A stretch of 63,879 bases of DNA, counting the filler, from Phoronis australis (taxonomy: Eukaryota; Animalia; Phoronida), in the NCBI GenBank assembly GCA_002633005.1. It is 5 parts of 5 records of this genome, joined end to end, with 100 filler letters (N's around TTAATTAATTAA, not from the genome) between each part and the next. Parts side by side here need not be neighbours in the genome. Positions count along the whole stretch, not along the records: positions 1 to 22,250 come from NMRA01000684.1; 4 more parts are not named here. The stretch is one strand, 5' to 3'. A program made the translations under genes and the position numbers. The notes below the pieces were generated by a model. That model ran no database searches, had not been told where the DNA came from, and saw only the letters and a list, made by a program, of their open reading frames with translations. The stretch's first letter is position 1. Every line of letters begins with the position of its first letter. Below are positions 11,411 through 22,250 of this stretch, piece after piece.

Positions 11411-12473
11411 GACGTTTGTGATCTATATTACTATGCCGGTTCAAGATTTACATGTTATCATGATTTATAACAAACAGTACGATTAAAGAAAAACAATGAA
11501 CCATTTAGTCGATGAATCTTCATGTATGGGACTGCAGAACAATGGCATTTTTTATTATTGAAATAGCTCCATATTAATGAAAGAATTCAAAAGACTAATT
11601 GCCGGTGTCTAAAAACGTGATGTCACTTTCTCACCAACACCCGCAACTCCAGTTTTCCAAAGTTCTGCTCAATGGGAAACCTTAACTCCTAAACTTAATT
11701 AACCATCACAACTCCTCTCAAAATATGTGTATTATTTTGTAATTCCACTGCAGAGGGATCCATTTAGGCTTGTAGTTATCACATCAATCATGCATGACAT
11801 AGCAAGAAATTGGTCAATCTCTGACTCTCAATAGTTGCACGTAAAGGAACAGAGATCTAACAGAGAATAACACCGATCAGTGAGGCATTATTCATTGTAA
11901 ATGGTGGGAGATGTTCATTAATCTCAAATATGCCATCTGGTGTTTCATCTAGAGAACTCCACAGTAACTCTGATGTCGCCATTCCATGGGAAAGGTAAAC
12001 CGAGTCGCGATAGACCGGATCTCCCTAATGGGAAAATCACCAAAGCAATTTAAATGTACACTTGGATGAAAAAGGAACGCCCACAATTGTTTCCAGACAA
12101 TGAGCAAAAATTCAGAGCTCAATCAAAAGTGTATGGAAAGAAAAATTGACATAGCTTTGGAGATGCCCAATAGTCTTAGAAACTGTTTTCTGTATCCAAG
12201 GTTGTTCTTCTATTCCCTTATAGAAATTACTTTATTTGTGAATAATTAGTCAACTGATATAGTTGCTATAGTGCCAACCCCAAACAGTCAGAATGAATTG
12301 AACACAAATCTTTTGTTACAAAATTCTCCTAGTACGTAGCTCCAGTAGCAATGCTGCAACAGTACTAGTATAATTACGTATAATTGTTAAGAAATTCCAT
12401 GCTACTACAAACAACGTCAACCAAAATTATTATAAAGTACTTATTGGAAATAAAAAAATTAATAAAAACATAC

Positions 12474-12623
12474 TTTTTTGTTGATAATATAAGATACAGT
12501 GCCTCCATAATCGGTGATTGCCGCGCGAATTTCTTGTTTTTCTCTGAACCTCAAGTTCGTCGAAAACTCCACAGCTGCTCGCCAGTTTTGAAAAAGTTTC
12601 GACTCTTGATCCTCTGTTACCAT
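12474..12623 (-). CDS. PARP4: PARP4 first coding exon: MVTEDQESKLFQNW...ITDYGGTVSYIINKK (BRCT N-half)
   Basis: ATG at 12623, AAA|GTATGT donor, BRCT motif IxxxGGxVS. An upstream acceptor at 12660-12661 implies a 5'UTR intron. Confidence 0.88.
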
Positions 12624-13559
12624 ATTGTCACATTCAGGAGTCCTTCTTAACACAGCAACCTAAAATAGATTGTGAAAATTGGGCCTGATAAGGTTAATTT
12701 CACGTGATTTTTAACCATTTTGAAGAGGAGGAAAGGGACCGACATTAGGCCCCAAAACTGAGGTATTAAGGGTAATGGTTGGTGTTATTGTCCAGGTATT
12801 CATAAAAAATAATTCACAAGTTCAGTGGCAGTTAACTCAGTGTAATGATTAGATCAGAATCTATATTGAGAATAAGATAAAGAAAATTGTTACTTGTAAT
12901 TAGTCCTATATTTGATTGTTGGTTTCCACGGAAGTCTCACCTCATACTGGCCGTCTTTAAGTTGGGAGTGATGGGCTCGTAGAAAGTGCTGAGCGAGCCA
13001 TCGTCAGTAGGGGTATAGAGTTTTGGTGAATGCCAATTGATTCCCAATATCTTTCTAAGTTCATTGGTGGTTGGGACTGTTTCATGCAACCGGGCACTGG
13101 TTCCCTAAATCAGGGAACATTGTAGCCAGCCAGCTAGCTGTATGAAGACTGTCGTCAAAATACAGCTGTATATTTATATATATATATATACAGCTTTGTA
13201 CCAAGCCCAAGGCTAGGAACATTGTATCTGACCACTTACCCCGTTGTTCTTTGGTTCAGCTATAATTGATCCACGTTCCTTCGGGCGGTGCAGGCAACGT
13301 GCCTAATCAGGTATCACTTGAATTATTTACCAGCCGACAGTGCTGCACTATCACGTGTAAATAATTGTTTACTGATACTGATACTGTGTAAATGCTGTCT
13401 CTCATGCCAGCCAGCTAGCTGTATGAAGACTGTCATCAAAATATATATTTATATACTATACAGCTGTGTACCAAGGCTATCTCTCATGACTTCCACTGGT
13501 TTCACAATGTAGATTAGATTTTTTTACTCAGAAATGTGATTCAGCCAATTTTTCACCGG

Positions 13560-13800
13560 GAAACGTAATATTTACCTGCAACTTACTTCCTTGTAATATT
13601 GCCTAACCTCCGTGTGTGTTGTGACCTTTTGTGTCATGCGACAGTTACCTGATGACCGAATTTTCGTTTCAGTTGAACAACAGTAAGAGACATCTCACGG
13701 CGTCTCGTAGCACTGTTTTCCGTGACTGGCCATGTGATGAGGGCCCCCACTGGCGACGGTGCTGCCCTGATCATAGTGCAGAGATTGAGGTGAGTCTGGG
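13560..13800. promoter_or_regulatory. Candidate PARP4 promoter / non-coding first exon, possibly bidirectional
   Basis: Minus-strand donor GAA|GTAAGT near 13581-13589 and plus-strand donor GAG|GTGAGT near 13787-13795 flank a CpG-richer stretch. Confidence 0.3.
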
Positions 13801-14044
13801 AAATCGCTTTTTTCTATCATAAACAGCCAAAATGACGATTTTAAAGTTAACTAGAACTGAAGATAAAAGATTCATCTTAACAGGAGCCTAGGGTAGGCTA
13901 CTTCAATTTTCAGACGTTAAAATTAGTAAATTGGGTATGAGTAGCGTGACAGGTATACTAACCCGGCCTACACTAAGTGACATTCCATGGAATTGGCCTT
14001 AGCGAATTTTGCGCATTTTAGTTCATAGTGTGAAGTGAATGCTA

Positions 14045-14690
14045 CTAGAATGAGTCGCACGTTTTTGCGGAGGCGCACCGCCCCCGGGGCCCGGCGGCCG
14101 CGCGATATCTGAGAACTGAAGGCTTGACTCATGATCGACGTTGGGAGTCGAGTACTCACCACTGAGCACCACTGGAAATGGGGTTGATCGGCCGGGAGGG
14201 AACGTGCCAAGGCCTCTGAATAATCTGCAGACGTAGGCCCTGCAGGTGAAATCTTCGTGGTGATCACTGGCATAACTCCCCGGCAACACCAACGGGCTCA
14301 GGCGGGGCAGTCATTACGGGTCGAAAAAGAAGTCACAGGGCATATTTGTCTACTAACATATGGCACCCCGCTAATTTTGGCGCCCTGGCCAAGACATTTT
14401 TGTTAAGCTGCTGATCATCCCAATTTAAAAAAATAAAAACTCTCATAGTATGCTCCCTATAGTGAAAACTTGCTCTTTTGTTTGCACAGCCGTTCAGATC
14501 GAGCCGAAATTGATTGAGATTTTCAACTGAGTTGAAGAGGGACTGCTGGCAAAGCTGTATTTCTCCAGTATACAAGAAATAACTTCTCAGTCATTTCAGT
14601 GTTGATCTTTTTCCATTTTTTAATAGATAAATTAAGCTTGGATGTAGGTGGTGTGCTGATAACCGTTCCGTCCTGTTTTTGATTTTCTCT
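14045..14690 (-). mobile_element. Putative non-autonomous Helitron/Helentron-like element (GC-rich); 5' boundary uncertain
   Basis: Minus strand ends in a short hairpin (CGCA-AAAACG-TGCG) followed by CTAG at 14045-14048. Confidence 0.35.
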
Positions 14691-15859
14691 TTTTTTTTTT
14701 CTTAAAGCGGTTATGAACCTCAGCCTTAGTCGAGTCCAACAACTGTTCAGGGATTTAGATCACCTGCCCGAGCAAGGTTGGCTGCCTCAGGGGGATTTGT
14801 TCTGCAACAGTTGTAAGTAAGCTCGCATACTGTGGTGGGGCAAAAAGCAGAAGAGATTGTGATAATGAGGAATCTCTGTCGGGGCGCATTGGAGGCACTA
14901 AGTTTGCCAAGTCACTGAAATAAGTTTGACATACTATACCTCATTCGGGGACTCCTCGGGGTCATGGGTCGGGAACTCGGGTCAACTATGAAAACAGGAT
15001 GCGGTCCACTGCTTTAATCGAGTGGAAACTGTCGAGCGGTCAGTGGAGGGTTGTGTTCATACTTGTTTCTCAACCCCCGTGCCTCAGCCTCCAGTTCCGG
15101 CGGCTGAGCCTAGCTACGAGTACAACACATGCGGTATTGCAGTCAACACGGCCGTGACAACACTGAGTTGGGACTTTTCTAAAACCGTTTCCTACTAGGT
15201 CTCACACCAAACGACGTTTCGGTCACTCATTGTTTCACTGGTCACCACCTCAAAGCACTTTACTAAGTCGAGTATGATATCCATCGGTTAACAAAATATT
15301 TCAACATCTGTATAGGTATTCTGGGGCGGATCCAGGATTTTTATTTAGGGGGGCAGGGCAGATTATTAGCCCGGCAGGATTTTGCCCGGACGGNAACGTT
15401 CGGGCGGTTTTCAGTGAAGGGAATGTTGTCCGACACAAAAGGGTACCTTTTCGCATAAGAATATTTTCAGTGTCACCCCTTTGAGTGGCCCGTCCTGCAT
15501 CCTCCTGAGTGCCGCCCTGCAGTGGCTGACTGACGAGGGGACGGAATCGACCTGGAACGATGTGACATCGGAATTAGGCCCATGCGCCGATATGTCATTG
15601 GAAACCCGGTCAGACGCCGTAGGCGACATTTGGCGAATATCGGCATCGAGTAATGACGACAAAGGCAACGACGGCTAAGACGAAACTTTACGGCATAATC
15701 CCGTTGCTCCCAACTTGTTCGATTTTTAGCCCAACAACAAGTTGGGAAGTTTACCCCTGTAGCCAATATCTTACACGACCGTGACTGATTAACTCCGTTC
15801 AGGCATTTATGGTTGAAGGACGGCCATCTCTAATCTCCCAATAAGATCCTATCTCAGTA

Positions 15860-16060
15860 GCCTGACAAGGCTGTGCTGTTAAAACTAAAAGTTAAGTTGT
15901 AACATATTTAAATATTAAACTAATAGCATTTCTGAAATCTTCGTCAAATGGTGATCATGTTTAGTGTTTGAATCGCCAAAATCGCCCAACTGAAACCGAA
16001 GTTACGACAATCTATTCTTTCCGAATGTAGGCAATTCACTCTGGGTTTGACTGTGTTCAC
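15860..16060. repeat. Dispersed repeat; inverted diverged copy at about 40380-40580
   Basis: tcgtcaaatggtgatcatgttt...gaatcgccaaaatcgcccaact matches the reverse complement of 40450-40500, and similarity extends into the flanks. Confidence 0.75.
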
Positions 16061-16164
16061 CTCTGGTCTATAATAAACCTGGTAGATAATTAGCCTGCCT
16101 GTTGTCATAACAGACAAAAGACTGTGCATGGGAGTTTACAAAGAAGCTAAATGTTATCACACGC

Positions 16165-16590
16165 TCACAACCCTCTACGTCTGGTAAAGTCACTGAGCGG
16201 GAAAACGCCGTCATGAACTACCGTCACGACATAAACAACGGAGTAGGAGGCGATTTCCAATCCAAGGATATCAGTCGCAGCCAACGCACCGTCAACAACA
16301 AACACTCTAACGAAAGGCCACCGGTACCAAGTGTCAATATTGCGATAGTGCATTTGACTGGATAGTTCAGGAAAGTCGCGCACCAACACTCTTGTAAAGC
16401 ACATAACACCTCATTATGTAGAACAATTGTGAGGTAGGCATCTGATGGGAATTCGCTAGCAGAAGAACAACAAACCATCCATGCCGACTGTTCCAGTCAA
16501 ATCCGAAGATAAAGATAGGGCTTCTTCATTTCAAACACACGGATGGCAAGGAAATTGAGGCCGAGGTCACTCTAAGCTACGTTTCGTCCC
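16165..16590 (+). pseudogene. Decayed coding relic with a C2H2-finger-like fragment
   Basis: HSNERP followed, after a frameshift, by KCQYCDSAF. Stops and frameshifts throughout. Confidence 0.3.
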
Positions 16591-17903
16591 GTTTAGCTGA
16601 GTAAAAACGAAAATGCACTTGTGCTTTTTCACACATCCTTACCACGTTTTAGGATTTAATTCCGTCACGGCCAACTCAAATCACTGGGTATGCCTACATG
16701 CACTATATTCGAATTGGCAATTATACGATAAAAACACCCAACTTTGAAACGTTTTTCTTGAGATCATATGCGCTGATTGTTTCAATATTCATGTTGGTAA
16801 CAGTAATACAACCCTATCACCGTATGGAATAGCACGAGGCAAATATGAGAGCCAATTAAAAGGCCCAATTCGATTTTCGCTTTTATTTTAGTAGTTAAGC
16901 AGGACAAAATGCACCTTCAACCACATGTAATAAGTATGTAGGGTTGGAGCGCCATTTTTATCTTTATTTTTAGAAAACCGAAACTATTAACAGTAAGTAC
17001 CCACAGTACAACCAACATGACATACCACGCACCCAGGGTGACCCATCTACATTAGAAAAAAAGCAATGCACAATATTTGAAAAATATGCTTTAATTGGTT
17101 CCAAACCAAATTATTTACCAATAGTTTCAAATTAACAATTAGGAATCAAATAACATAAAATAAAATAAGAAAAATCTGAATTACAAGATAAATAAAAATA
17201 AATAGCTGAATTTCTTATTAAGTAGGTCACAAAAGCAAGTGGATAAACCAACCCTTGGGCTGAGTATTGGCTACACATACATATTACACAAATTCTTCAG
17301 TTAATTTGAACAAAAATTCAAAGGTTAACTTCCTGGCTATGGGAAGTCAAAATTTGAATGCCACTAATAATCCAACTAATTTTCTTCACAGTATCACAGT
17401 CTTTCTTTAATTTAATTTTACTAACAAGTTTTGGGAAATACACATTTTCATTATCATAAAATAAGGAACCAAACCATCTGTGAATCCCAATTTCGGCAGT
17501 GACAACCACATGCTACCACTTAAAGGACTTTACTCTACTCAATTGGTTGCCACAGAGGGCGCTGAAGTTGAGGAACTCAAAAATCAAGGGACGAATTAAC
17601 CTCAGCATGGATGCTTAAAAACAATATTTCTGAGAAGTCGAGATTAGGGGCACACCCAAACGTTGGACTGGGTTAACGCCCAGGGTGATGCATAGACATC
17701 TTATTTCATGCCAAGTCAAATGAAACATCTGCAGATTGTAAAGGGGTTTTGAAAGGAGTGATCCCAAAGGGTAGTTCAGTAATACTACATACTTTTTTAC
17801 ACAAGTTTTTAACATGTCGGATATAAACATTACACACCCAATAAGATGTCCATGGCTTACATGGCTGCTTGCATTATTTTTGTACATAAGAACACTTAAT
17901 TTG

Positions 17904-18052
17904 CCAGCCTCCCGTTCAGTAACGTTAGGACCTCGCTAAAAAGCAAGACTTCGCGAGATTACGTGAGATATTGCCGTGTATTTTAAAAATGAGAACACAT
18001 GACTTTGACTAGATTTTTGCCTAGGTCCTAGCGTCTACTGAACGCACGCCTG
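17904..18052. mobile_element. About 150-bp MITE (GTTCAGTA...TACTGAAC subterminal IRs), copy 1 of 3
   Basis: Homologous to 36265-36423 and 62133-62290. Abuts the truncated end of the DIRS RT fragment. Confidence 0.8.
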
Positions 18053-18470
18053 GCTATTGGGATGCTATAATAAGCGTCAGACAAATCTAAGCTGAGAAAG
18101 TAACAATCCCGCGTCACTAAGCGAAGTGCCGATTCAAAGGTATCCATTTTGAAATGATGATAAGCAACATAAGAGTTTAAGGTCTTCAAATTAAGGATAA
18201 ACCGAAACTCATTTGCAACTTTCTTAGGTCGAAGAAAAACGGGAGACACAAATTGTCCAGGAGAGTGAGGACAGCGTCCAATGACTTGTTTAGCCAGCAT
18301 GGATTGAATTTCCCTACGCAGGAATTGTTGCTCAAGGGCGAAAATTTTTGCATTGGTACCTGGTTTTGTTTGAGTAGGAAGCAGGCCAAATTCAATTTCA
18401 TAGCCGGTGACAATGGCTAGTATGCGGGGATCCTTAGTAATCTGACGCCACTTAGGGACACACCTCTGGC
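18053..18470 (-). mobile_element. DIRS-type retrotransposon reverse transcriptase N-terminal fragment
   Basis: WRQIT.D..IL..V.GY.IEF, FVSPVFLRPKK, FRFILNLK.LN, HFKMDT and SLDLSDAYYSIPI motifs are characteristic of DIRS RT. Confidence 0.9.
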
Positions 18471-18479
18471 CAAGGAGGT

Positions 18480-18782
18480 CTCCGAGGTCAGAGAGGACCA
18501 AGGATATTTTACTTACGGAAGATGAGTCTATTTCCGATTGGCAGTCGGTCTGGTGGCTGTTGCTGGCTTCCCATTTGGCGGACCAATCCGAGGAACAAGC
18601 GTCGCCAGTATCGGACGCTGTTGCGTCCCTTGTCAACTCCCTATGGGAGCGGGGTAAGGCTTTCGATATAAAGCAGGCACATGATAACCATCCCCGGTCC
18701 GACAACATTACAGTCCACAAGACGGACTTGAATGAGGAAATTGCGGACGTGGTGCAGAACCACAAAACTGTGAAATTCAAAG
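18480..18782 (+). mobile_element. DIRS gag-like fragment, oriented opposite to the RT fragment
   Basis: Open frame LASHLADQSEEQASPVSDAVASLVNSLW...HPRSDNITVHKTDLNEEI resembles DIRS gag. Ends at an N gap. Confidence 0.5.
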
Positions 18783-18946
18783 NNNNNNNNNNNNNNNNNN
18801 NNNNNNNNNNNNNNNNNNNNNNNNNNNNNNNNNNNNNNNNNNNNNNNNNNNNNNNNNNNNNNNNNNNNNNNNNNNNNNNNNNNNNNNNNNNNNNNNNNNN
18901 NNNNNNNNNNNNNNNNNNNNNNNNNNNNNNNNNNNNNNNNNNNNNA

Positions 18947-19490
18947 CGATGAGGCCAATAGAGAGTCGTAATGCTCAACGCCGGTAAAACCGGGCAAGGT
19001 GTGGCCCGCCGAGTCACACAGAGTCGGTGAGGTTAAGCGTACGAGGATAGGACAACTATCAAACACTCCACATGGTCCGTGTCGGGTCACGGAAACCCCA
19101 AAGCAGGTAGGCCTGAAAATACGATGAGGCCAATAGAGAGTCGTAATGCTCTGCGCCGGTAAAACCGGGCAAGGTGTGGCCCGCCGAGTCACACAGAGTC
19201 GGTGAGCTCGGTCGTCCAAAAACTTCCAAGATGATTATATAGGATAAGAAGAAAATGCTCAGTAGCAAAGAGTTATGCAATTGAGCGTGGTCGCGGTATA
19301 ACTTGCGCGAAAAAACCTTCCAAAGGAAAAACACGTCTTCCTCCAGAAGATAAGTCCGTGGAATGGTTCGCTTTGCGCATGTCCGTATCTCTTATGGTAG
19401 TACTCGGGGGAATTCTGGGAGGAATAAAATTAGTCTAATATCAGAATCCACAGGAGCTAAAAGAATCATCGATGTTTCCTTCAGGGGTAA
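18947..19490 (-). mobile_element. Probable DIRS terminal repeat and 5' leader with an internal direct repeat of about 85 bp (18947-19030 and 19121-19206)
   Basis: The direct repeat is visible. Its position upstream of RT on the minus strand supports a leader, but the assignment is inferred. Confidence 0.5.
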
Positions 19491-19656
19491 GCCGAGCAAG
19501 GGCGGTTAAAAGTGAAAATTTGGAAATTTCTGGGCTGGGCAGTAAGCCGAGCACGGGGTCTTTAAAAATGGATGAGAACATCAAACAAAATATGCAATAA
19601 AAACTCCAAACTTTTGAGACACAGAATAACCAAACACAGCCTGCACCAGGATGAAT

Positions 19657-21195
19657 TTACATAAGAAAGTTTTTGATCACTTTTTGAATAGGTCTTCTAC
19701 AAACTGGACAAGATTTTCCCCGTCGTCTGAGGCGTTTCGCACACGAGTAACAACAGATTTGGTGACCAGTCTTTCCGTGAACAATGCTCGAGTCCTTCGG
19801 TCTTGACAAACAGATCACACACAAGTCATTGCAAGTGGGGTTCGTATCACTACCTTGACTGAATCGTGCAGACGTCTGGTGGGAGTGTGTCACGATGCTA
19901 CTGGTACTCGGTATGCTACGGGGAATTTCCGTATCTGATGTCTCAACATCTTTCTGAATTGACTCAGAACTTAGTTGAGCCGAAGAGGAAGGGACACTCT
20001 CATTATGAGCCAAAGAGGAAGGGACACTCGCATTATGAGCCAAAGAGGAAGGGACACTCTCATTATGAGCCAAAGAGGAAGGGACACTCTCATTAACAGC
20101 CGAAGAGGAAGGGACACTCTCATTATTATTTGAAGGTAATGGAGTACTTTTTTCGCACTTATCTTCTGGGATCAATATGGATGCCTGACTACTAGTTTGT
20201 GCAGAGGATTTGGCAACTTGAGAAGTCATCGGCAACTTCTTACTGACAGGGTCAATAAACTGGGATACTTCACAACATTCATTGTGAGAACTACTTTGGT
20301 GTGAAGAAATTGTGCAGTTTTGAGCCCTAGGAGTGTTGACTGTTTTCCAGTCAAATGCATGGAGCGCCAAATGACGGCTACTAAATGTACGACTAACAAG
20401 GGCAGGCGCTGGGTGAACTATAGTATTGGAGTCCGTCTTAAGTGATGAACCTCCCCCGTCCACTTCACTCAAAGTCTTGCTCCTCTTGTTTGACCCTCCA
20501 CAGAACAGGGACACACTTTCCCGAGAATCACACGCTGATATCTCCAAGTCCATAGAAGTCTGCTTACACTCTTTTGAAGAAGGTTGTACGTTCCCTGGCA
20601 TACCGTTACCAAATTGCTTAAGCCCAACAAATGAGAATAACGGGCGGTCATTGGAATCCTTTTCATCTGGAATAACATCTTTAGTAGTATCATTGTCAGC
20701 TTTGTTAGCTTTTCCAGAGAATGAAAATGGAGATTCTGTGTTTGTGGCATTTAGCTCACATCTAATCTCATGACGGTCATCAGTATTCTCAATAACTTTT
20801 GAAGGTGGTCCATCAGTGACATCAGACCCATGGGCGATGAACTTGCTCACAAAGCACGGTGTTACAGAAGACTTCTCTATGTGCCTGTTGGACCTTTTTA
20901 GTTTTTTCCGCTTGCGCGGAGCATCACTCAAGTCTGAATCGCTTGGGTCACTGTAGAAACCCATGGCTGATTGCGCTAAGGGTGCCACTGATGAACTGAC
21001 ACATTTTGTACCATCTAGCTTTGGGTTGGGCCAACTGAGATCCCCGGCAGGAGCAGATATGGATCGACGATAGGACCGGCGTTTGAATGTTGGCCTCTGT
21101 TCAGGCAGCCAGCCAGGACGGAGCTTCCAACATCGACTACAGCAGCGTTGCAATGGAGAGTTCAACATGTCACATTCGGAACACCTCCACTTGTC
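19657..21195 (-). CDS. MDM2: MDM2/MDM4-family E3 ubiquitin ligase, terminal exon (512 aa): RanBP2-type zinc finger, long Ser-rich linker, C2H2C4 RING
   Basis: Acceptor ctcttcacag|GAC gives DKWRCSECDMLNSPLQRCCSRCWKLRPGWLP. C-terminus is CVICLSRPKDSSIVHGKTGHQICCYSCAKRLRRRGKSCPVCRRPIQKVIKNFLM*. Upstream exons were not found before the gap at 22251. Confidence 0.92.
   Translation of the reverse strand, partial: DKWRCSECDMLNSPLQRCCSRCWKLRPGWLPEQRPTFKRRSYRRSISAPAGDLSWPNPKLDGTKCVSSSVAPLAQSAMGFYSDPSDSDLSDAPRKRKKLKRSNRHIEKSSVTPCFVSKFIAHGSDVTDGPPSKVIENTDDRHEIRCELNATNTESPFSFSGKANKADNDTTKDVIPDEKDSNDRPLFSFVGLKQFGNGMPGNVQPSSKECKQTSMDLEISACDSRESVSLFCGGSNKRSKTLSEVDGGGSSLKTDSNTIVHPAPALVSRTFSSRHLALHAFDWKTVNTPRAQNCTISSHQSSSHNECCEVSQFIDPVSKKLPMTSQVAKSSAQTSSQASILIPEDKCEKSTPLPSNNNESVPSSSAVNESVPSSLAHNESVPSSLAHNASVPSSLAHNESVPSSSAQLSSESIQKDVETSDTEIPRSIPSTSSIVTHSHQTSARFSQGSDTNPTCNDLCVICLSRPKDSSIVHGKTGHQICCYSCAKRLRRRGKSCPVCRRPIQKVIKNFLM
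19978..20125 (-). repeat. Coding 30-bp tandem repeat, about 5 copies (NESVPSSLAH-like)
   Basis: gaagaggaagggacactctcattatgagcc units in frame within the MDM exon. Confidence 0.95.
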
Positions 21196-22250
21196 CTGTG
21201 AAGAGGAAGACCGATTACAAGAATTACTGGCTAAAGAACAACTTCACAGTGAAAACATGCTTTGGCTTGATCAATAAATCCATTAAGGTCAACTTGCCCA
21301 AAATTCAAAACCTTTTAATGCTCATCAGATTATTGGCTGACAGAAGAACACGCCTGCACAGGTGACATTTCCAAAATTTATCACTAACTGAAGAAAAAAT
21401 CACGGGTAATTTATTCTGTTTGTTCGTCAAACACAAGGTGTCAAGACTGAGAAATGAAAAAAAAAGCAGGAGATGGGTCTAAATTGAGATGGGAAACGAA
21501 TAATTTATATTATAATTTTCTTAATTCGGGGATGGAAGTTTACCCCCAAATGCAAATTAAGGCAAGTGCCCAAGGAACTGTATTTGTGTCTCATCACTTC
21601 GTGTGAAACAGTGAGTCATAAATCAACATTTGTTACAGCATGACTGAATTATCCTCCATCATCTCAGGATGAACTAGTAGCACTAAACCTGTACTTACTG
21701 CCAACTTTTGAGTTAGGCCACTAACTGTTATAAAAGTGGTCTTATCTTACACCTTTCACAGTTTAGAAGTAATCTCAGGGATCTCGAGAGTTGACTGTTT
21801 GTTATTGTTTAAGACCAGACTCGTTGGGTTTTAGGTTGTGGTATTTCTGCTTAGAAACGTAGAGTTCAAGATTGGACTAATGTAAAGTTGTAATCAAGGC
21901 CTATTTGAAGTTCTCGCAACTATTTTTATCAACGAACGAGTCTACAATTTAAGGTAGGTGGATACACAAAAAAAATAATTTTCACTGTTTTTTACATTTT
22001 TATGTCATCCTAATCTTTAATTCTTGATGCACAGTATACTGCAGAAAAATAAAATCATTCTGAAAATCCAAAGTTGTTTTTTTAGCTATATTTGACCAAG
22101 CCTCAGTAAGTCGTATGGCTTGAGTGCTCACCAGCTCAGTGATTGACAACTGGGGCGGAGCTTATGTACAAGGACACTAGCTCTAATCTAACCCTGTCAA
22201 CAAGCATTGCGTAACCGGGCAATCGAGAGTGCTGTACCAGCTGATATTGG

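Noticed and set aside
13950-14340. Telomerase RNA, RNase P or RNase MRP
   Set aside because: CTAACCC is only 7 nt with no continuation, and I could not find paired conserved P4-forming motifs. A transposon origin fits better.
17040-17510. Possible decayed L1-like 3' region on the minus strand
   Set aside because: Only vague similarity, too degenerate to support.
18028-19219. ORFs of 329 and 192 aa as single proteins
   Set aside because: They read through an N gap and an inverted segment; only 18053-18470 is RT.
19978-20125. CRISPR-like 30-bp repeats and the plus-strand ORF 19866-20096
   Set aside because: In-frame coding minisatellite of the MDM exon; the plus-strand ORF is its antisense shadow.
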